Made by a program: the position numbers and the translations under genes
DNA from: Lama glama
Taxonomy: Eukaryota
Reading direction: 5' to 3'
Assembly: GCA_028534125.1 (NCBI GenBank)
Contig: CM052816.1
Coordinates: 3,846,001-3,910,000, forward strand
Length of the DNA: 64,000 nt
Shown: in pieces, positions 9,911 through 22,280 of the stretch
Numbering within the stretch: the first letter of the stretch is position 1
Layout: every line of letters begins with the position of its first letter
Notes under the pieces: generated by a model
The model's input: only the letters and a program-made list of their open reading frames with translations
The model's database searches: none
What the model was told of the DNA's origin: nothing

Positions 9911-11049
9911 ATTACACCAGTCTGTCTGCCTATCTCTAGAAAGATAGAAAATAAAGTGCTAATTTCAAGAATGATGCGATTCTGCGTAAATTTTTATTCA
10001 AGTCATATATATATCACATTAATTTGTTTTTTGACTTAAATTCCAGTTACACTCTTAATTAGTTTTCATTTTAAAAGTAATTGAAATTCTACACAGTATT
10101 TAAATTATGTGATTTGAAAACGAATGCTAAGGCTTTGTGAGCAATGAGATTCCCACTATTCCCTCAAATAAGAATAGAAAACACTCAGAATCCTGTTTGT
10201 TCCTAATCTCTTAATCTGGAACACAAAAATTCCTTCCAAAGAGGATTCACAGTTAATCCAGGCGATCTTCCCATGACTGTCTCAGCATGCTGTGTACTCC
10301 CTTTGTATAAGACTTATTTTCACATGTGCAGGAGCATAAGGAGTGAGCTGTGGCTGACATTCTGATACAAGTTTAAGAATTCTCTCTCTGAATCAGATGC
10401 CCTGCCTTCTGCTGCCTTATTTCCATCAAGCCTCTCCCATCCAGTGTGCAAAGCACAGTACGTGAGAGCCCAGGCGGGGTTTGAACACCTGTCCACATTT
10501 CCTTGTGCTGCCACCTAGGTTCCCATTGATGGTGTGGACATGAAAAATGGACTGCTCTGGACAACTGCAGCAGCCAAGCTGCCAGCAAAGGTGGCAAATC
10601 CAATCCTCAGGAAAAAATGGGCAACCAGATTGCAGCCCGTGGAAGTTTTCCAAGAGGCGTAAGACAGAACAACATTGAAATAGAGTAGCAACTGTTTCTG
10701 GGGCTCCTCTGACCCAGCTGCCAAGGTGTGAGGGGGAGTGAAAAGAGGGCGCTCACAGTAAGTTTACTCCCAGATGCTCTCACCCTCCTTCCCATCTGGA
10801 GAACATACAGTTTCAGACTCTCAGAAGCTAAAAATAAATATAACCATCCATCTTAAGGAATCTCAACAATCCCTGCCTTAAAGTCACAGAGTTTACAGCA
10901 AGCTCAGCTTTGGAGAAATTCTCAAGTTAGTGAAGCTTCTTTTTTCTCCTCTTGATCTTCCTATTTGCCTTCCTCTGGAGGATTCCCAGGTCTCTTCCTT
11001 AACGTTATTTGCCAGACTCCCTTCACTGCATTCCTTTACTGACACTCAC

Positions 11050-11175
11050 ACCATTCATTCATTCATTCATTCAGTTTGTCATCATATGTTGAATATGCCT
11101 GGTGTTACTGGAGATTGAGTGGTGAGGAAATACAGAACAAATTTTCCCCTTACAAAGCTTACAGTCTCATGTGAA
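11050..11175 (-). mobile_element. L2 3' end
   Basis: (CATT)n tail followed by ATGCCTGG..CTGGAGAT..GTGGTGAG..AAGCTTACAGTCT. Confidence 0.6.
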
Positions 11176-12059
11176 ACAAACATGATTCTAGTCACTTGAT
11201 CAATGAAGAGAAATTAAACATTGGGAAGAAGTAACAAAATCTGCGGCACTGTGTTTAATAAACTTAATCTGATTCCAGAACTCTTTCATGAGTAAAATTT
11301 GCTCAATCCTACTGAACTGATCTTTTGAAGGACACACTCCTAGGAAGTGTGGACTCCATCAGAAAAAAGGGACAGAAGTTTTGAGTGCTGTGATGAGGTC
11401 CTTACAGAAAAGCAAAGCAAGGGCTGGGCACCTTCTTGCCGACCTTAAGCATTCCTGAGAGAAAGGTGGTTCCGGCCCACATACACACCCATGGGTGGTT
11501 GCCTGTCTAGAATAGGCGACAACTGCCGAGACTGTAAGTTTGTGTATATGCAGAAATGTCCTGAATACTAATCTCCAGGCAATGTGAGATATTTTAAGCA
11601 TGTCTTTCCAGCTCACCCTGCCGTACTGTGTGACATGGCAGAATTGCCAAAGGTGTCCCATGGTGAGCTTGTGCTGTTCAGGGCCATTCCGTAGAGCATA
11701 CTTGCAAAGAAGTTAAATAGCTGCTTTCCACTATCATTCTCTGATTAAGAAATCGATATAATTCGTCCCCAATAGAGTATTCTAATCCATCTCATTTTAC
11801 TTTGTGGAAACTCAGGCAGGTGGTCAAACTGAAACTGATGTCTTACGCAGTAAGGACAGCGTGGGGCTTAGCCATCGCCTTGGGCGGGACAGTGAATGGG
11901 AGGCATCTGGGGATGTGACAAATTAGAATAAACGCTTGAATAGTTAAAACCTTTCAAAGGTATCTGAAGTTCTGAATTCCAGTCATTGGGGGGCTTCACA
12001 CAGAGAAAGGATGACTAATCTTGAGGAGGCTGTAGGATGGAATTTTACAAAAGTAAAAC

Positions 12060-13395
12060 AGAGCAGGCATCAAGGTACAGACTTCGATTCAGGCAGACCC
12101 GGGTTTGAATTCTGAGTCTGAAAACTGGTTTGACCTTGAGAGAAACTGCTTCATCTCACTGACCCTCACATTCTTCTCCTATAAAACACATATTAAAAAT
12201 AATGTTTAAGAAAACAAACAATCTGATTAAAAAGTGAGCCAAAGACCTTAAGAGACACCTCACCAAAGAAGACATATATATAGACAGATATAGACATAAA
12301 TACAGATATGGTAAAAACAAGCACACGAAAAGATGGTCCACATCACATGTCATCAGGAAAATGCCACTTAAAACAACAGTAAGATACCACTACATGCCAA
12401 AATCTGGAACACTGACAGCTCCAGATGCTGGTAAGGATGTGGAGCAACAGGAATTCTCATTCACTGCTGGTGGGAATGCAAAATGGTACAGCCACTTTGT
12501 AAGATAGTGTGTGGTACTCTCTTACGAAAGTAAACAAGCTATTACTACAGGATCCAGCAAGGTTGCTTCATGGTGTTTACCCATAGAAATTGCAACCTTA
12601 TGTCCATACACACAAAAATACCTTCACATGAATTTTTATAGAAGCTTTGTCCATAACTGCCTAAACTTGGACGCAGTCATGATGCCCTTCAGGAGATGAA
12701 TGGATAAATAAACTATGGTAAAGACAATGGAATATTATTCAGTGCTAAAAAGAAATGAGCCATCAAACCATGAAAGGATGTGGAGAAATCTGATATACTT
12801 ATTACTAAGTGAAAGAAGCCAGTCTGAAAAGGCTACATACTATATGACTCCAACTATACGACACTTTGGAAAGGGCAAACTAAGGAGACACTAAAAAAAG
12901 ATCAGTGGTTGCCAGGGTTTGGGGGTGGGGAAAGAGGAGGGATGAATATGAGGAGAACAGGGGATTTTTTTAGGGCAGTGAAAATACTTTGAATGATACC
13001 ATAAATGATGGATACGTGTCATCACGCATTTGTTTGAACCCAGACAAGGTACAACAGCAGGAATGAATCGTAATGCTAACTACGGACCTCAGGTGATCAG
13101 ATGATTATAATGTCTCAGTGTAGATTCATTCAGTGTAACAAACGTACCACTCTGGTGGGGGGATGCTGATAATGGGTGAGGCTATGCATGAGTGGGGCAA
13201 GGAACAGAAGGGAAATCTCTGCACCAGCCCCTCAAATTTGCTGTGAACTTGAAACAGCTTTAAAAAATAAAATCTTAAAAAAAGCAACAGCTACACCTCA
13301 TAGGGCAATAATACAAATTAAATACAATAATGTAGATAAAGCATTTAGCATGGTGCCTGACATATGGTAAGTACTCAGTAACAAGTAGTGATTAA
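12060..13395 (+). mobile_element. MIR SINE split by an L1MC insertion (MIR parts about 12060-12190 and 13285-13395)
   Basis: Left part GCAGACCCGGGTTTGAATTCTG..GACCTTGAG..CTATAAAA. Right part ACCTCATAGGG..AAAGCATTTAGCATGGTGCCTGACATATGGTAAGTACTCAGTAA. Confidence 0.7.
12200..13283 (+). mobile_element. L1MC1-like LINE-1 3' portion
   Basis: ORF2 tail (CACTGCTGGTGGGAATGCAAAATGGTACAGCCAC) and an L1MC-type 3' UTR (GATCAGTGGTTGCCAGGG..TTTTAGGGCAGTGAAA..GTACCACTCTGGTGGGGGATG..GCTGTGAAC..AAAAATAAAATC). Confidence 0.88.
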
Positions 13396-13648
13396 TACTA
13401 CTTAAATTCCTTTTAATATTATTACCTTTTTTATAACATCCAGATTGCTCATTAAGGTATTTATATTGTATGAGGCATGCCAAGATTCCAATAGAAAAAT
13501 GAATTTCAATTAAGGCAACATGACCATAGCAAGACTAGAAAATTTGGCTAGGTGATTCAGGAAGTATAAATTATTTCTGGTCACACTGCTGTGTTCTTAG
13601 AATATCAAATAAGCACTTATTCATGTGTTACAGCACATTAGAGTGAGT

Positions 13649-13720
13649 ATTACAGACATCTCCATTTCAGTGTGTCCAAAATGGTCAGATACCAGCAATT
13701 TTATATGATTCAATTTATAT
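13649..13720. mobile_element. Possible MADE2 (mariner) MITE remnant
   Basis: CAAAATGGTCAGATACCAGCAATTTTATATGATTCAA resembles the recalled MADE2 right half. Confidence 0.4.
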
Positions 13721-14967
13721 GGGGATAATATGACCCAAATCATAGCTCCCCATCTATCTTTTAGGGAAAGATTTGACGGTGGGTAGGAGTGGTGTAAATT
13801 AACATCACTAAAATATTTCTCTCTCTAATTCTACAGAACTCCCAATAAAACACTATTCAATTCTCTGTGGACTTCTGAAAAGTTACTTTATTCCCTCGCT
13901 ACAGTTATGTCTCGTTTGTTCAGTACCCTCCTGTGTTCTGAGCACCCTGGGCACAGTAACTATGGTCTCTACCATCTTTTGTGGGGACCAGGGTTAAAGT
14001 TCTAGATATCCCACTATTTGATGCGTGACCTTAAGATATTTGCTTAATGTGCTCAGGTCTCAGTTTCCCCATCCATAAAATATAGGCGTTGAAGTAGAGG
14101 GCTTTGAGACCTCTTCCAACTTTAAAATTCTATGATTCTGTAGTTGGGCTCCAGTGGGAGGGGCCTGGGATTCACAGTCTTTCCTACATTACCTCATCCT
14201 CAGAAAGTCATTCCACTCCAGGAATTTTACCAAGGGCTAATGTGCACAACAATTATTCCTAGCCAGCCAGCCTTTTCCTGAACCCAGCTCTTTCAGCCAG
14301 TGAAGGGAGGCAGAACTCCAGCCATTTGTCCCCTTCCACTACATACTGTGTTTCTGAATCGTTGCCTGGGATAAATTTAATTACGACAGTAAACCTATTG
14401 GGGGAAGTGACAAAATACACCACAAAACCAGAAAGTGAAAGCGACTTCTGAAGGCAATTTGTTCTCCTCCGCAGTCCTGAAGCCAGCCAGCGTCTGGGCT
14501 TGTCCTTCTTTTTCGCCTTGTAGTAACAGTGCTGTCCCAGCTGTCTTCAGCCATCAGGTCCCTCTCCACTCCTTAAGGTCCATTAGAATTCTCACTCCTA
14601 CTGTGATCTTTCTCTAACCCTCCTACCCTACGGCAGCTGCCTTTGTGACGTATTCTTAAAGCAGCTCTTCCCAAACATCCCTAATGTTTCCTGGGTCTGC
14701 AGAGGACACTCATTTTCGCTGCCCAGCACCTCTTTGGCCTTCTTTGGACAAAAGTAAGACCATTTTACTTTGGGGGCACTATCTTCTGTGCCTGTGTTTC
14801 CTCAGATCTCTGGAGGTAGAGCTCAGGACCTTGGCTGACCCAGTCTGTCCATTTGGCAAGTCTCCTTCTCAGTCTCAGCAGTGTGCCAGGCACCAAGCAT
14901 GTTGGACTAGAATGACAAGGCTCCTGCTTTTTTTGGAACTTACTTGCTTTCGAACTCCTAGAATTGG

Positions 14968-15126
14968 GGCCGGCCCCTCTCTCCCCCTCTTCAGAGACGG
15001 CCCACATTCTGTCTATGGAGTGTGTACCTACTTTTAATCTGAGCACCCAACCCCCACACCTCATGGCCTTTCTCTTGCCTTTCAGTGTATCTCTCTGAAT
15101 AAATCTACCTTCACTCAACAAAACAA
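14968..15126 (+). mobile_element. Retroposed LTR-derived RNA 3' end (U3/R fragment, AATAAA and A-rich tail) flanked by a 15-bp TSD
   Basis: TSD AACTCCTAGAATTGG at 14953-14967 and 15127-15141. AATAAA at 15098-15103, followed 13 nt later by AACAAAACAA. The body resembles cetartiodactyl ERV LTR R regions (GAGACGGCCCACATTCTGTCTATGGAGTGTGT...CTCTGAATAAATCTACCTTCACT). Confidence 0.75.
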
Positions 15127-15289
15127 AACTCCTAGAATTGGAAACAGCATTTCTATATTTTTCTACCCCTAACAACTAGCATACCACACAGTACACAGTA
15201 CTATGCTCTCCTAATTTGGTTAAGGAATTAATAAATAAAAGGATCTCAAGAGCATGTGATGGTAAAAAACATGTGTGTGCACACACGGC

Positions 15290-15530
15290 ATTTTCGAATT
15301 ATCACTGTGTTAGGACTGCTGCCATGGTTTTGCACGAAGAAGTCCATTTAATCCTTACAGTGATCCTATGTGATTGATCCTATGATGCTGCCAGTCTGCA
15401 GAGAAGGAAAGCAAAGCACAAAGAGATGAAAGGCCTGGTCCAAGGTCACAGAGGCAGCAGACAGTAGAGGGAGGAGGTAAACCCTGCAGCCGAGCCCCTG
15501 AGACTACTCTTACGGTCATGCCACTGTGCT
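15290..15530 (-). mobile_element. MIR SINE
   Basis: CATTTAATCCTTACAG..CAGAGAAGGAAAGCAAAGCACA..CCAAGGTCACAGAG core. Confidence 0.65.
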
Positions 15531-16891
15531 GCCCCAGTCTCAGTGATGGACACCAGACCGAGCAAACTGACAGTACAATAAAGGTGGCAAATTACATATT
15601 TACTTCTCCCTTCCCATCTGAAAGGTGAGATTTTTTAAATTTTACATTCTCACCCCCAAATCAAATGAATCCACTTCAAAATAAATTCAATCTTGTAACC
15701 GTTTTGACTTTATGGTTCTCATTTCACCAGAAGGATGGAGGGCTAAGATCTAGAGATCTTGGGGCCAAATATAGTCATTGTAATAAAAATATGAAAGGAA
15801 AAAAAAAACCAACAACACTGGAGATCGAAACACATTGGTGCACTGTACAAACATACCCATACACACAACACAGTGAAAACTGAGATGTCTCACACCTCCT
15901 TATGGAGCCCCACAGGATCTTTCTAAAATCCCCTGGATCAGAGAACTCAAAGTTAAGCAGACTTTCCAGGGTAACTTTTAAGTTAGGGCCTCTGGGTGGC
16001 AAAGGGAATTCATCAGTTAGCATTCCGTGGAGTCCTGTTTACAGTCTGCAGGAGCGTTCATGGGGCTATTATGAAGAACGCTAATGCTCGCAATTACACC
16101 TAAATTAAGATAAAGCAGTAACCTAGTTACTGTAAAAGTGGTTTTATTTATAGACAGCAATTTAATCTTTAATATGCAACCACCATCTGTAAAACTACTT
16201 AGCCCCATCTATCCCATTTATGTCTTTATTATCCTCTTGTAAAAAACGCATGGAGCATTCTTGGTTATAGATGCGAAATGAGTTCTTTCTGTAACACTTT
16301 TTTATGCTTAAAAATGTTGATGTAATTACAGTGGATAGATACATTTTTGTGCAGAATGTTCTTCATCCATTATAGACTGTAATGAAATTAACCACAATCT
16401 CTCCGGAAAGGAAACACGGTTCATGATGGCTGAAGAGGAGGATCATGCTCTGCTACTAGAAGCATGTGTCTGGGTGGCAGGGACGTCTGGAGGAGGGGAT
16501 GGAAGTGGGGGAGGCACAGAAGGATTCCCATGACATCTCAGGACAGTCAGCCTTTCCAGCTACATCACCTCGCAGAGGGAAGTAAGCCTCTGAGTGCGGG
16601 GAGCCAGCTGCGCTCCTTCCATGGGCATTGCTGGAGGCCCCGTTCTGAAAGAGAAGGCGGTCTCCTGTGTCAGAACCCATCTGGAAGCTTAACCAGCTTC
16701 TAAGCTAAGCATTTCAGCAGAGGCAGCCCGTCTGTCCCAAAAGACAGAGATGTTATTTTCCAAGCAGGGCTCCCGGGCTCTTGAGGGGATACTCAAAGCC
16801 TGATGGCTACCGTCACTGCTTCAATGATGATTAGTTGACAGCTGGGAGGAAAAGCAAACACACACACAAATCTGGAGTATCCCAAGTCAGC

Positions 16892-16970
16892 AGGAGGTAA
16901 CTGGATTTGTTTATTTTTAGAGGAGGCACTGGGGACTGAACTCTACCACTTGAGCTATACCTGCACCCCC
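16892..16970 (-). mobile_element. vic-1-like SINE with internal deletion
   Basis: GGAGGTAACTGGATTTGTTTATTTTTAGAGGAGGCACTGGGGACTGAAC|TCTACCACTTGAGCTATACC; lacks the roughly 30-bp middle present in the other copies. Confidence 0.75.
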
Positions 16971-17814
16971 ATCTCACCCCAAGAATCTGTTTTTTTTTTA
17001 AAGCTAAGCTTCGGAAGGCAGAAATTCTCAACTGACTGAGATTCTTATTGATGTAGGTAGAAGATTTCTGCAGCTGGATGAGGAACTGGAACGATGATCC
17101 ATTTCTGTGTTGGCAAATGCAAGTCCAGGGAACACGACTTCCCCTCTCCCTTGCCCATGGCAGACATAATCAGAGGTGGCGCCCTCACGGGGCCCCGACT
17201 CAGTGTTCCATACTGCACATGGCACATGGGATGAAGTCTTGATGCCCCGACATGCCAAGTCACCCTCTCATTTTTACAGCTTGAGGAATGGAATCCCCGA
17301 AGAGTTTTGTGACTCTCTCAATGACACACGGCAAGTTAGCACCGGAGATGGGAATGGATCCCTGTGCACCCCCTTCCTGGTCCTGGGGTCTTTACATGTT
17401 ACACAGTGTTATTTAAACCCGATCAACTGTGACCCTGAGTGTAGGAAAACACGGACCTGCAAATAAAACTGCAAGAGACGACCAAAAGTTCAGCCTTGAA
17501 TCAGCCCAATCCAGCCTCTAACACTCACACTTCCAGACAGTGGCAGCAGAGACTCAATCTAATAATTCCTGGGGTGGGACCACTGCAGGGCTGCGCGTGG
17601 CTGTGGCTGACTCACTCACGCTGGCAGAACTGCTTCCCACAAGAATTCAGCCATGCATTCTACCACGGGTCTGTGAAACTGTTGTTACCCTTAACAGTAC
17701 TGGTCTCAAATATGAGCATATATTAAAAGCAAACAGTGCATAAGAAGAAAGAAGGCTACCCACATGAAAATATATGCCCCCTTTAAAGCAGGTTCACTCC
17801 CTCCTTTCTATTAA

Positions 17815-18066
17815 TTTTTTTTATTGACGTACAGTTGATTTACAATGTTGTCTTAGTTTCTGGTGCACAGCATGGTGAGTCAGCTATACATAAATATATT
17901 CTTTTTCATTTTCCTTTTCATTATAGGCTACTACAAGGTAATGAATATAGTTTCCTGTGCTGTACAGTAGGACCTGGCTGTTCACCCATTCTGTATTACA
18001 GTAGCCTGTATTTGCTAATCCAGACTCCCAGTTTATCCCTCCCCTTGCCCTTTCCACTCTGGTAAC
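17815..18066 (-). mobile_element. Cetartiodactyl/camelid-type L1 3' UTR fragment
   Basis: Poly-T then TTATTGACGTACAGTTGATTTACAATGTTG..GTTTCTGGTGCACAGCA..TGAATATAGTTTCCTGTGCTGTACAGTAGG..TGGTAAC; same family as 20203, 39376 and 62275. Confidence 0.88.
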
Positions 18067-18134
18067 TTCCTCTTTTGCTCCAACGCAAACTATTTCCTTA
18101 AAAAAAAAAAAAAACTACCTGCTGAAATTGCTTT

Positions 18135-18306
18135 TTTTTTTTCTTGGTTATTGTTGTTTATTACCTGTCTCCTCCACTAGGAATATAAACTCCAAAAGGG
18201 CATGAGCATTTTCTGTCTTATTCTCTATCATATCTCAAACACCTGGCACGCCACTAGATTTAAGGTAAGTACTTGAACTCTGTTTATTAACTTAAATAAT
18301 GAATGA
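18135..18306 (+). mobile_element. L2 3' end
   Basis: CCTGTCTCTCCACTAGGAATATAAACTCC..GGGCA..CACCTGGCAC..TAATGAATGAA. Confidence 0.6.
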
Positions 18307-19549
18307 AATTCAGAGCACTTATAATAGCAGGCAAAGGGCTTTTGCCCAGATGAATAACTAGTGAATGAGGGCTTATTAGGCAAGATTATAAATGACAGTT
18401 TCAAAGATGCCTTGAACACTTAGGGAATTTCTCATAATATATCCTGCAAAGAGAGAGGAGAAAGCTGCAAAACTGCATGGGTACTGTGGGCTGAAATATA
18501 TTCTTGAACTGTTTCTTTGAATTCTACCCTGTGGTACATATGCACTAATGTTGAAAAATGAAATAATTTAACAACCACTAAAAGAATTTTTTTTTAATGC
18601 CAGTCTTCCCATTGCACAGTTAAGAAAACAGACTTCCAGAGATGTGCAGATATCTGAAAGGTCTGGAGGTGGGGAACAGCAGAGCTGAGGTGTAAAACAA
18701 GGTTATCTCAGTTTCAATTCAATTCGTTACAGGGCTAGGAGTATCTGCAGAATTCTTACTTTTTAAGGCGGTCACACCTGCAGAACACACTTAACTGATC
18801 TGAATAAATTTTATTAGCTCCGAGAATAAAGAAAAACATTACACAATTTCTTGGAAGAATTTCACTCAATCACCCCTAGAAACCACCCTGCTGTCACATT
18901 TTGAGCTAAATCCAACGTTCTGTCTTCTTGAACCCTGTTTAATTGTTCCTGCCACCCAAGAAAGCACACCATTATTCAAGGCCAAGCGGACTGCCAGATT
19001 TAGAAGCCTCCAGCTCTCATACACAGCCCTGCAATATCCCTTCTTGGATAAGGAGTTAATTTCACAGTTAGGAAGGGCTCTGATGCCAGTGCACAGAGTC
19101 ACAAAAGTTACTCCTTCCATCTAAATCAGCCATTTGTAACTTGAGTGGCTGTGGGCAATTTACCCGTTTGCAGCACTCAAGGGGCACATGAAATTAACCC
19201 CAAGACCTGATGACATCCTTCCTACTAATCAACTTCAGGGAGCTGAGGCAGGGGAACCGCCTTGGCTGGATTCCACACACGTTTCTAGGAGAACTTGCAC
19301 TGCACTCATACAGGTGAACGATAGGTCTGTCATTATATAACCCAGTGGGGAGATGGAGCTACATGGCCATGGCCAAGCTTGCTTGCAAAAGGAGGTTTAT
19401 CTGTGCAATCATCTTTCAATTATTCACATTAAAAGAAGAACCACTGCACAGATAATGCAGAACCACAGAACATGGGAATGATCATTCATTTCGGTTTTGT
19501 ATCTATGTATTGATTCATGAAGACAAAATAACAAGTATTAATAATACAC

Positions 19550-19790
19550 CTAGCAATAACATTTATCAAAAATGCACTAGGTACTCCACATTGTATTGAG
19601 CTATTTACAAAATGTCCTCGTGAAGGAGAGTATTACCATCTTCCCTTTACAGAATAAGAATACAAAGAGAGGTCCATGAACTTGCTCAAGGACACACAGC
19701 TGGCAAGTCAGTGACGGATTCAAATCCAAATCTGTTTGCCTCCAAAGCTGTACCTGTGACCGGAACACTACACTTGTTAGAGGTTCATCT
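19550..19790 (-). mobile_element. MIR SINE
   Basis: TAACATTTATC..CCCTTTACAGAATAAGAA..CTTGCTCAAGGACACACAGCTGGCAAGT..GGATTCAAATCCA. Confidence 0.65.
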
Positions 19791-19989
19791 CCTATGCACT
19801 CAGTGTGGCTTTCCTAGGTTCAGAGTAGGTGGCTGATGATGTGTTGGCCTGAGAGGCTTTGCAAGGCTACTCCCACCAAAACTAGTCTTGACACCTCCTA
19901 CTAGAAGGCCTGAAATCCTAGAATTAAGGTTTCAGTTCTTTTGGTGAAGGGTTTAATATCTGCAAGAAGACATTAGGATGCCAGTGTAT

Positions 19990-20200
19990 CTTAAATATAT
20001 CAAAAGCATAAGCAAGAAAAGGAAAACGTCAACAAATTGTACTTTACCAAAACTAAAAGTTACTGTGCTTCAAAAGACATCATCAAGAAAGCAAAAAGAC
20101 ATTTCATAAAATGGGAGGAAATATTTGAAAATTATGTATCTGATTAAAGCCTACGGTCTAGAATACATAAAGACTTCTTACAACAATAAAAAGATGACCT
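19990..20200 (+). mobile_element. Old L1M ORF2 fragment
   Basis: CAAAAGCATAAGCAAGAAAAGG..CTGTGCTTCAAAAGACATCATCAAGAAAG..ATGGGAGGAAATATTTGAAAATTATGTATCTGA, an L1 ORF2 C-terminal-type sequence. Confidence 0.7.
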
Positions 20201-20202
20201 GG

Positions 20203-20956
20203 TTTTTATTTATTTTATATTTTTTGAAGTATAGTTAATTTACAATGTTGTGTTAGTTTCTGGTGCAGAACACTGTGATTCAGTTCTCTTTCTCTCTCTA
20301 TATATATATATGTATTTGAAAAGACAATTCTTCAAAGTATGTATGTATACATATATGTATATTCCTTTTTGTATTCATTTTCATTATAGGTTATTACAAA
20401 GTATTGAATATAGTTCCCTGTGCTACACAGTAGAACTTTGTTGTTTATCTATTTTATATACAGTAGTTAGCATTTGCAAATCTAAAACTCCCAATTTATC
20501 CCTCTACCCTCCTTCCCCACCTTGTAACCCTACATTTGTTTTCTATGTCTTTGAGTCTGTTTCTGTTTTGTAAGTAAGTTCATTTGTGTCATTTTTTTTA
20601 AGATTCCACATATAAGTGATATCATATGGTATTTTTCTTTCTCTTTCTGGCTTACTTCACTTAGTATGATCATCTCCAGGTCAGGTCCATCCATATTGCT
20701 GCAAATGGCATTATTTTATTCTTTTTAATGGCTGAGTAGTATTCCATTGTATAAATATATCACAACTTCTTTATCCAATCATCTATTGACGGATATTAAG
20801 GTTGCTTCCACGTCTTGGGTGCTGTATATAGTGCTGCTATGAACACTGGTGTGTATGTGTCTTGTCAACTTAGAGTTTCCTCCAGATATATGCCAGGAGT
20901 GGGACTGCTGGATCATACGGTAAGTCTATTTTAGTTTTTTAAGGGATCTCCATACT
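20203..20956 (-). mobile_element. Cetartiodactyl/camelid-type L1 3' end (3' UTR plus ORF2 tail), running into the gap
   Basis: T-rich tail, TTGAAGTATAGTTAATTTACAATGTTG, GATTCCACATATAAGTGATATCATATGG, GGCTGAGTAGTATTCCATTG and CTGCTGGATCATACGGTAAGTCTA (antisense of LPYDPA). Internal (TC)n(TA)n at about 20291-20310. Confidence 0.93.
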
Positions 20957-21456
20957 NNNNNNNNNNNNNNNNNNNNNNNNNNNNNNNNNNNNNNNNNNNN
21001 NNNNNNNNNNNNNNNNNNNNNNNNNNNNNNNNNNNNNNNNNNNNNNNNNNNNNNNNNNNNNNNNNNNNNNNNNNNNNNNNNNNNNNNNNNNNNNNNNNNN
21101 NNNNNNNNNNNNNNNNNNNNNNNNNNNNNNNNNNNNNNNNNNNNNNNNNNNNNNNNNNNNNNNNNNNNNNNNNNNNNNNNNNNNNNNNNNNNNNNNNNNN
21201 NNNNNNNNNNNNNNNNNNNNNNNNNNNNNNNNNNNNNNNNNNNNNNNNNNNNNNNNNNNNNNNNNNNNNNNNNNNNNNNNNNNNNNNNNNNNNNNNNNNN
21301 NNNNNNNNNNNNNNNNNNNNNNNNNNNNNNNNNNNNNNNNNNNNNNNNNNNNNNNNNNNNNNNNNNNNNNNNNNNNNNNNNNNNNNNNNNNNNNNNNNNN
21401 NNNNNNNNNNNNNNNNNNNNNNNNNNNNNNNNNNNNNNNNNNNNNNNNNNNNNNNN
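20957..21456. other. Assembly gap (500 N)
   Basis: Run of exactly 500 N. Confidence 1.
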
Positions 21457-21819
21457 ACGTGTATCATCCCCAGGAGGATGCTAATAAGCTCTTGGTAGCT
21501 AAAATGTCTTCTCTGCAGGCAGAAGGCAAAGATATACATAAAACATGTTAACAGGCAGGCAGCATATCTGCGGTGTTAACCCTTCCTTGGTTGGAGTGGG
21601 AAGGCATGTTATGAAAAAAAACACAAGCATGATCTGTTTATGAGGGGACCGTAATGAAAAAAGGATTGAGAAACACTACCCTAGATCAAGAAAGAAAACC
21701 AGGAAGAATCCATTTCTCTTGAGAGATGGGTAAGCCTCCCCAAGGGGGAGCCTTCAAGTAAATAATATGTTTCCTGCCCTGGTGCATATCAAAGTATGTC
21801 CTGAAGACGGTGCCTTAAG

Positions 21820-22280
21820 AGAACAGGTTCCCCAGCTCTTCCACGTACCAGCTGCGTGACAGTGAGTAACTAACGACTCCCCTGAGCCCATACAGGTTCC
21901 CTCAGATGGAGAAGGGGATGGGGACGGGCGCCTGCCTCACCGGGTGACTGTGTCAAGGGGGATTCTGCCTTGAGGGCACTGGGAACAGTGCCTGGAGTGG
22001 TCTAGCATCTCTTGAAAACTAAGTTCGCTGCTGCTCCTTATTTTCCAGGACCCGAGGAAAGGGGGCAGTGGGAGCTGTGGAGACAGACTGCCTGGGCTTG
22101 AGGACTCGCTCTGACTTTGGGCAACTCAACACTCCATGACTTCAGTGAAGGAAATAAAACTAGCCCCCTTAGGGTTGTTGAAAGATTAATTAAATCAGGA
22201 GCCAATTCCTGGAAAGCTCAAACAAAGTCTGCCACCTAAAAGGTATTCAGCGAATGTCTGCTGTAATGACTGTTGTTATT
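21820..22280 (+). mobile_element. Two adjacent MIR SINE remnants (about 21820-22030 and 22070-22280)
   Basis: CCCAGCTCTTCCACGTACCAGCTGCGTGAC..GAACAGTGCCTGG and CAGACTGCCTGGGCTTG..TAGGGTTGTTGAAAGATTAA. Confidence 0.6.

Noticed and set aside
19130..19240. Possible MamSINE1-like ancient SINE remnant
   Set aside because: The resemblance is too degenerate to support by eye and needs a profile-HMM search.
3532..20956. The plus-strand L1 ending at 3582 and the minus-strand L1 3' end at 20203-20956 as two halves of one element split by a 17-kb inversion
   Set aside because: They overlap by about 50 bp of L1 sequence and differ at roughly 8 positions there, so they are different copies.
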